Source of the DNA: Phoronis australis
Taxonomy: Eukaryota > Animalia > Phoronida
Assembly (NCBI GenBank): GCA_002633005.1
Contig: NMRA01000027.1
Location: 285,265-349,264, forward strand
Direction: 5' to 3'
Length of the DNA stretch: 64,000 nt
Part shown: one piece after another, positions 62,701 to 64,000 of the stretch
How the letters are laid out: each line of letters starts with the position of its first letter
Position numbering within the stretch: position 1 is the stretch's first letter
The notes under the pieces: model-generated
The model's database searches: none
What the model was told of the DNA's origin: nothing
The model's input: the letters and a program-made list of their open reading frames with translations, nothing else
Made by a program: the position numbers and the translations under genes

Positions 62701-63716
62701 GGGAGGTCGGCCCAGGAAAAATTTTTTTGCCTCTAAAAATCAAGCATTTTCTTTGATTCCTGAAGTATTATCCAAGAAAAAAGGTAAAAAAAAAGAACGT
62801 GTCAAACAGGAAAAACTGCAAGTACAAAGACTCGAACTCACGACCTGGTGGTTAGAGCGCGCGTGCGTTACCACTACACCACCATGATCTAACTACTAAT
62901 AGCTTACTAAAAGAGCTACTTATTTATGGTCCACAGCGTTTGCACGCGAAACCTACTTCTTTTTGTAATGCTTATTACACGTTTTATATTTTGTGCCATC
63001 AATTCTTAACAAATTTGTCGTATTTGAAATAGTCTTCAAATGCCCAAAAGACCGAATCCATTTTTCGTGTTGGCAATAATGACGGGATTGCTTTGGAAGG
63101 TAAGGTTTGTCAGAGAGAGTATTGCGAGTTTCTGAGTGATTCACTAAAGCTTCGATTAAAATTCACATCTTGCCAGCAGCTTCTGTTTTTTCATCGTCAC
63201 TCAGATTCCATTTTCTTTAAAAAATGAAGTAAATTTTCTTCATTGCACAGTGGAGCAGACTACGGAAACGGAGTCGTAGTGCGCAGCGCCACTGCCGGTC
63301 GCCTTGGATATCGCGGGAGAGCCTATACTTAGCCATAGTTCCGTTACGAATGGGCCGTGTTCCGAATTTGACACTGGAAATTGGATTTGAGCCCCCCCAA
63401 TACTAAAACTGCACACATTTAATTTTTTTTCATCTGTATAATTTTAATTACCGGGGTTGATTAATAAACTCACCATTTCCCTAAGCTCTTACTGTTATAT
63501 TTTTTGCGGCAGCCAAGGGGGGGCCCGGGCCCCCTGGGCCCCCCTCCCCTAAATCGGCCTATGCAGTAACATAGTTGACACTACGTTGTTGATACTTGAA
63601 GGTTTGTCCAAGGAGGTGGTGAAGCAATTTGAGCAAGGCTTTCCACCAAACTGGGAAAGGCGTCTGCAACGATTCTTTCACGACCACTTTGAGAGGATGA
63701 AACTCAAGTCACAGAC
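50788..63716 (+). CDS. MIS18BP1: Mis18-binding protein 1 / KNL2 (SANTA-domain CENP-A loading factor), 5' part; continues beyond the window
   Basis: Phase-consistent exons 50788-50841, 51665-51802, 54863-55870, 58447-58649 (inferred from phase only), 60234-60332, 61676-61809, 63602-63716. The last three encode a SANTA domain: LEDWNLVPLWSSKAVALAGHKL-GTPADELWRSTAIKERLNQLVVTTASGTMYILKG...VVKQFEQGFPPNWE. Confidence 0.85.
51955..53230 (+). mobile_element. Helentron-associated non-autonomous element (HINE/DINE-1-like)
   Basis: T-run, 5' subTIR ATGCGCCCAC with nearby IR GTGGACGCAT, GTCC/GTCT microsatellite, 8 units of about 145 bp, 3' subTIR GTGGGCGCAT (53194-53203), hairpin CAACGC-TAC-GCGTTG (53206-53220), then CTCTTGTTTT. 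Confidence 0.82.
53262..54815. mobile_element. Non-autonomous DNA transposon with 29-bp TIRs and AT target duplication
   Basis: TGTGACCCAGCACGACAAAATGAGTCTTA at the left end and its reverse complement (1 mismatch) at the right end; AT on both flanks; no transposase ORF. Confidence 0.85.
56190..56319 (-). pseudogene. Truncated THAP zinc-finger fragment (transposon-derived)
   Basis: MTTKHYCCVVGCNSD...KFFVFP matches the THAP N-terminus (CxVxGC...FxFP). The downstream W and CSxHF motifs are absent. Lies antisense in a MIS18BP1 intron. Confidence 0.6.
59799..59922. mobile_element. Short palindromic MITE (Harbinger-like)
   Basis: GTTCAGTAATGCTAGGACCTCGCTAAAA vs TTTTAGCTAGGTCCTAGCGTTACTGAAC (26/28 inverted). 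Confidence 0.6.
60586..60836. repeat. 43-bp minisatellite
   Basis: TTGAGAGCATTCTTGGTGCTAACAATGACCTGTCATGACAAAC, about 6 copies. Confidence 0.9.
61846..61974. repeat. 57-bp tandem repeat (about 2.3 copies)
   Basis: GATGTGTCCAATGAGAGACTTGTTAGTCCAAGATGGGCAGGGCTTGGTGAGATG repeated. Confidence 0.85.
62600..63563. mobile_element. hAT-like MITE with 5-bp TSD and an internal tRNA-like segment
   Basis: Imperfect TIRs CAGTGGCGGATCTAGG / CCTAAATCGGCCTATG, GC-rich subterminal GGGGGGCCC blocks, CAGTA on both flanks; A/B-box-like segment on the minus strand at about 62828-62886. Confidence 0.7.
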
Positions 63717-63909
63717 GTAAGTTGGTCAGCTTCGTTGTACACATGTTACCGTAAATGTGAGAGTGCTATCCCGAAATTAAGACTTCACCAAGTATTGAGT
63801 TGGATGCATGTGCTCTTTGTTTAAATGTGATTTGTGGATGAGCACTACTTAGATTCACACTGACACATTGTTCCAATATATCTGTTATCTTCAATCAGGG
63901 CTCCCCTTT

Positions 63910-64000
63910 GTTTTGTAGTAGGATACAGTTGTGTTACATTTGTTGTAGGATACAATTGTGTTACATTTGTTGTAGGATACAGTTGTGTTACATTTGTTGT
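63910..64000. repeat. 27-bp minisatellite at the window edge
   Basis: GTAGGATACA(G/A)TTGTGTTACATTTGTT x3. Confidence 0.85.

Overview
Animal (bilaterian invertebrate, probably lophotrochozoan/mollusc; inferred, not proven) genomic DNA with spliceosomal introns, one 249-N gap and one single N. Five protein genes were reconstructed by hand from GT-AG boundaries and reading phase: an intronless IRF2BP (-); the 5' part of KIAA0586/TALPID3 (-); TIMM9 (+), head-to-head with TALPID3; a two-CRD tandem-repeat galectin (-); and the 5' part of the SANTA-domain gene MIS18BP1/KNL2 (+). Introns hold many non-autonomous elements and minisatellites. Highlights: (1) a complete 539-bp mini LTR retrotransposon (TRIM) whose LTRs carry a tRNA-like Pol III promoter inside a hairpin, with a tRNA-Ser PBS, a PPT and a 4-bp TSD; (2) two Helentron-type (HINE-like) elements carrying polarized arrays of CTCF-like motifs that face each other across about 40 kb; (3) a canonical LINE reverse-transcriptase motif on the antisense strand of a TALPID3 coding exon; (4) TALPID3 is either truncated or has IRF2BP nested in a long intron; (5) a gene neighbourhood that resembles the human 14q/1q42-43/19q13 paralogon. 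Homology calls come from recognising motifs; no database search was run.
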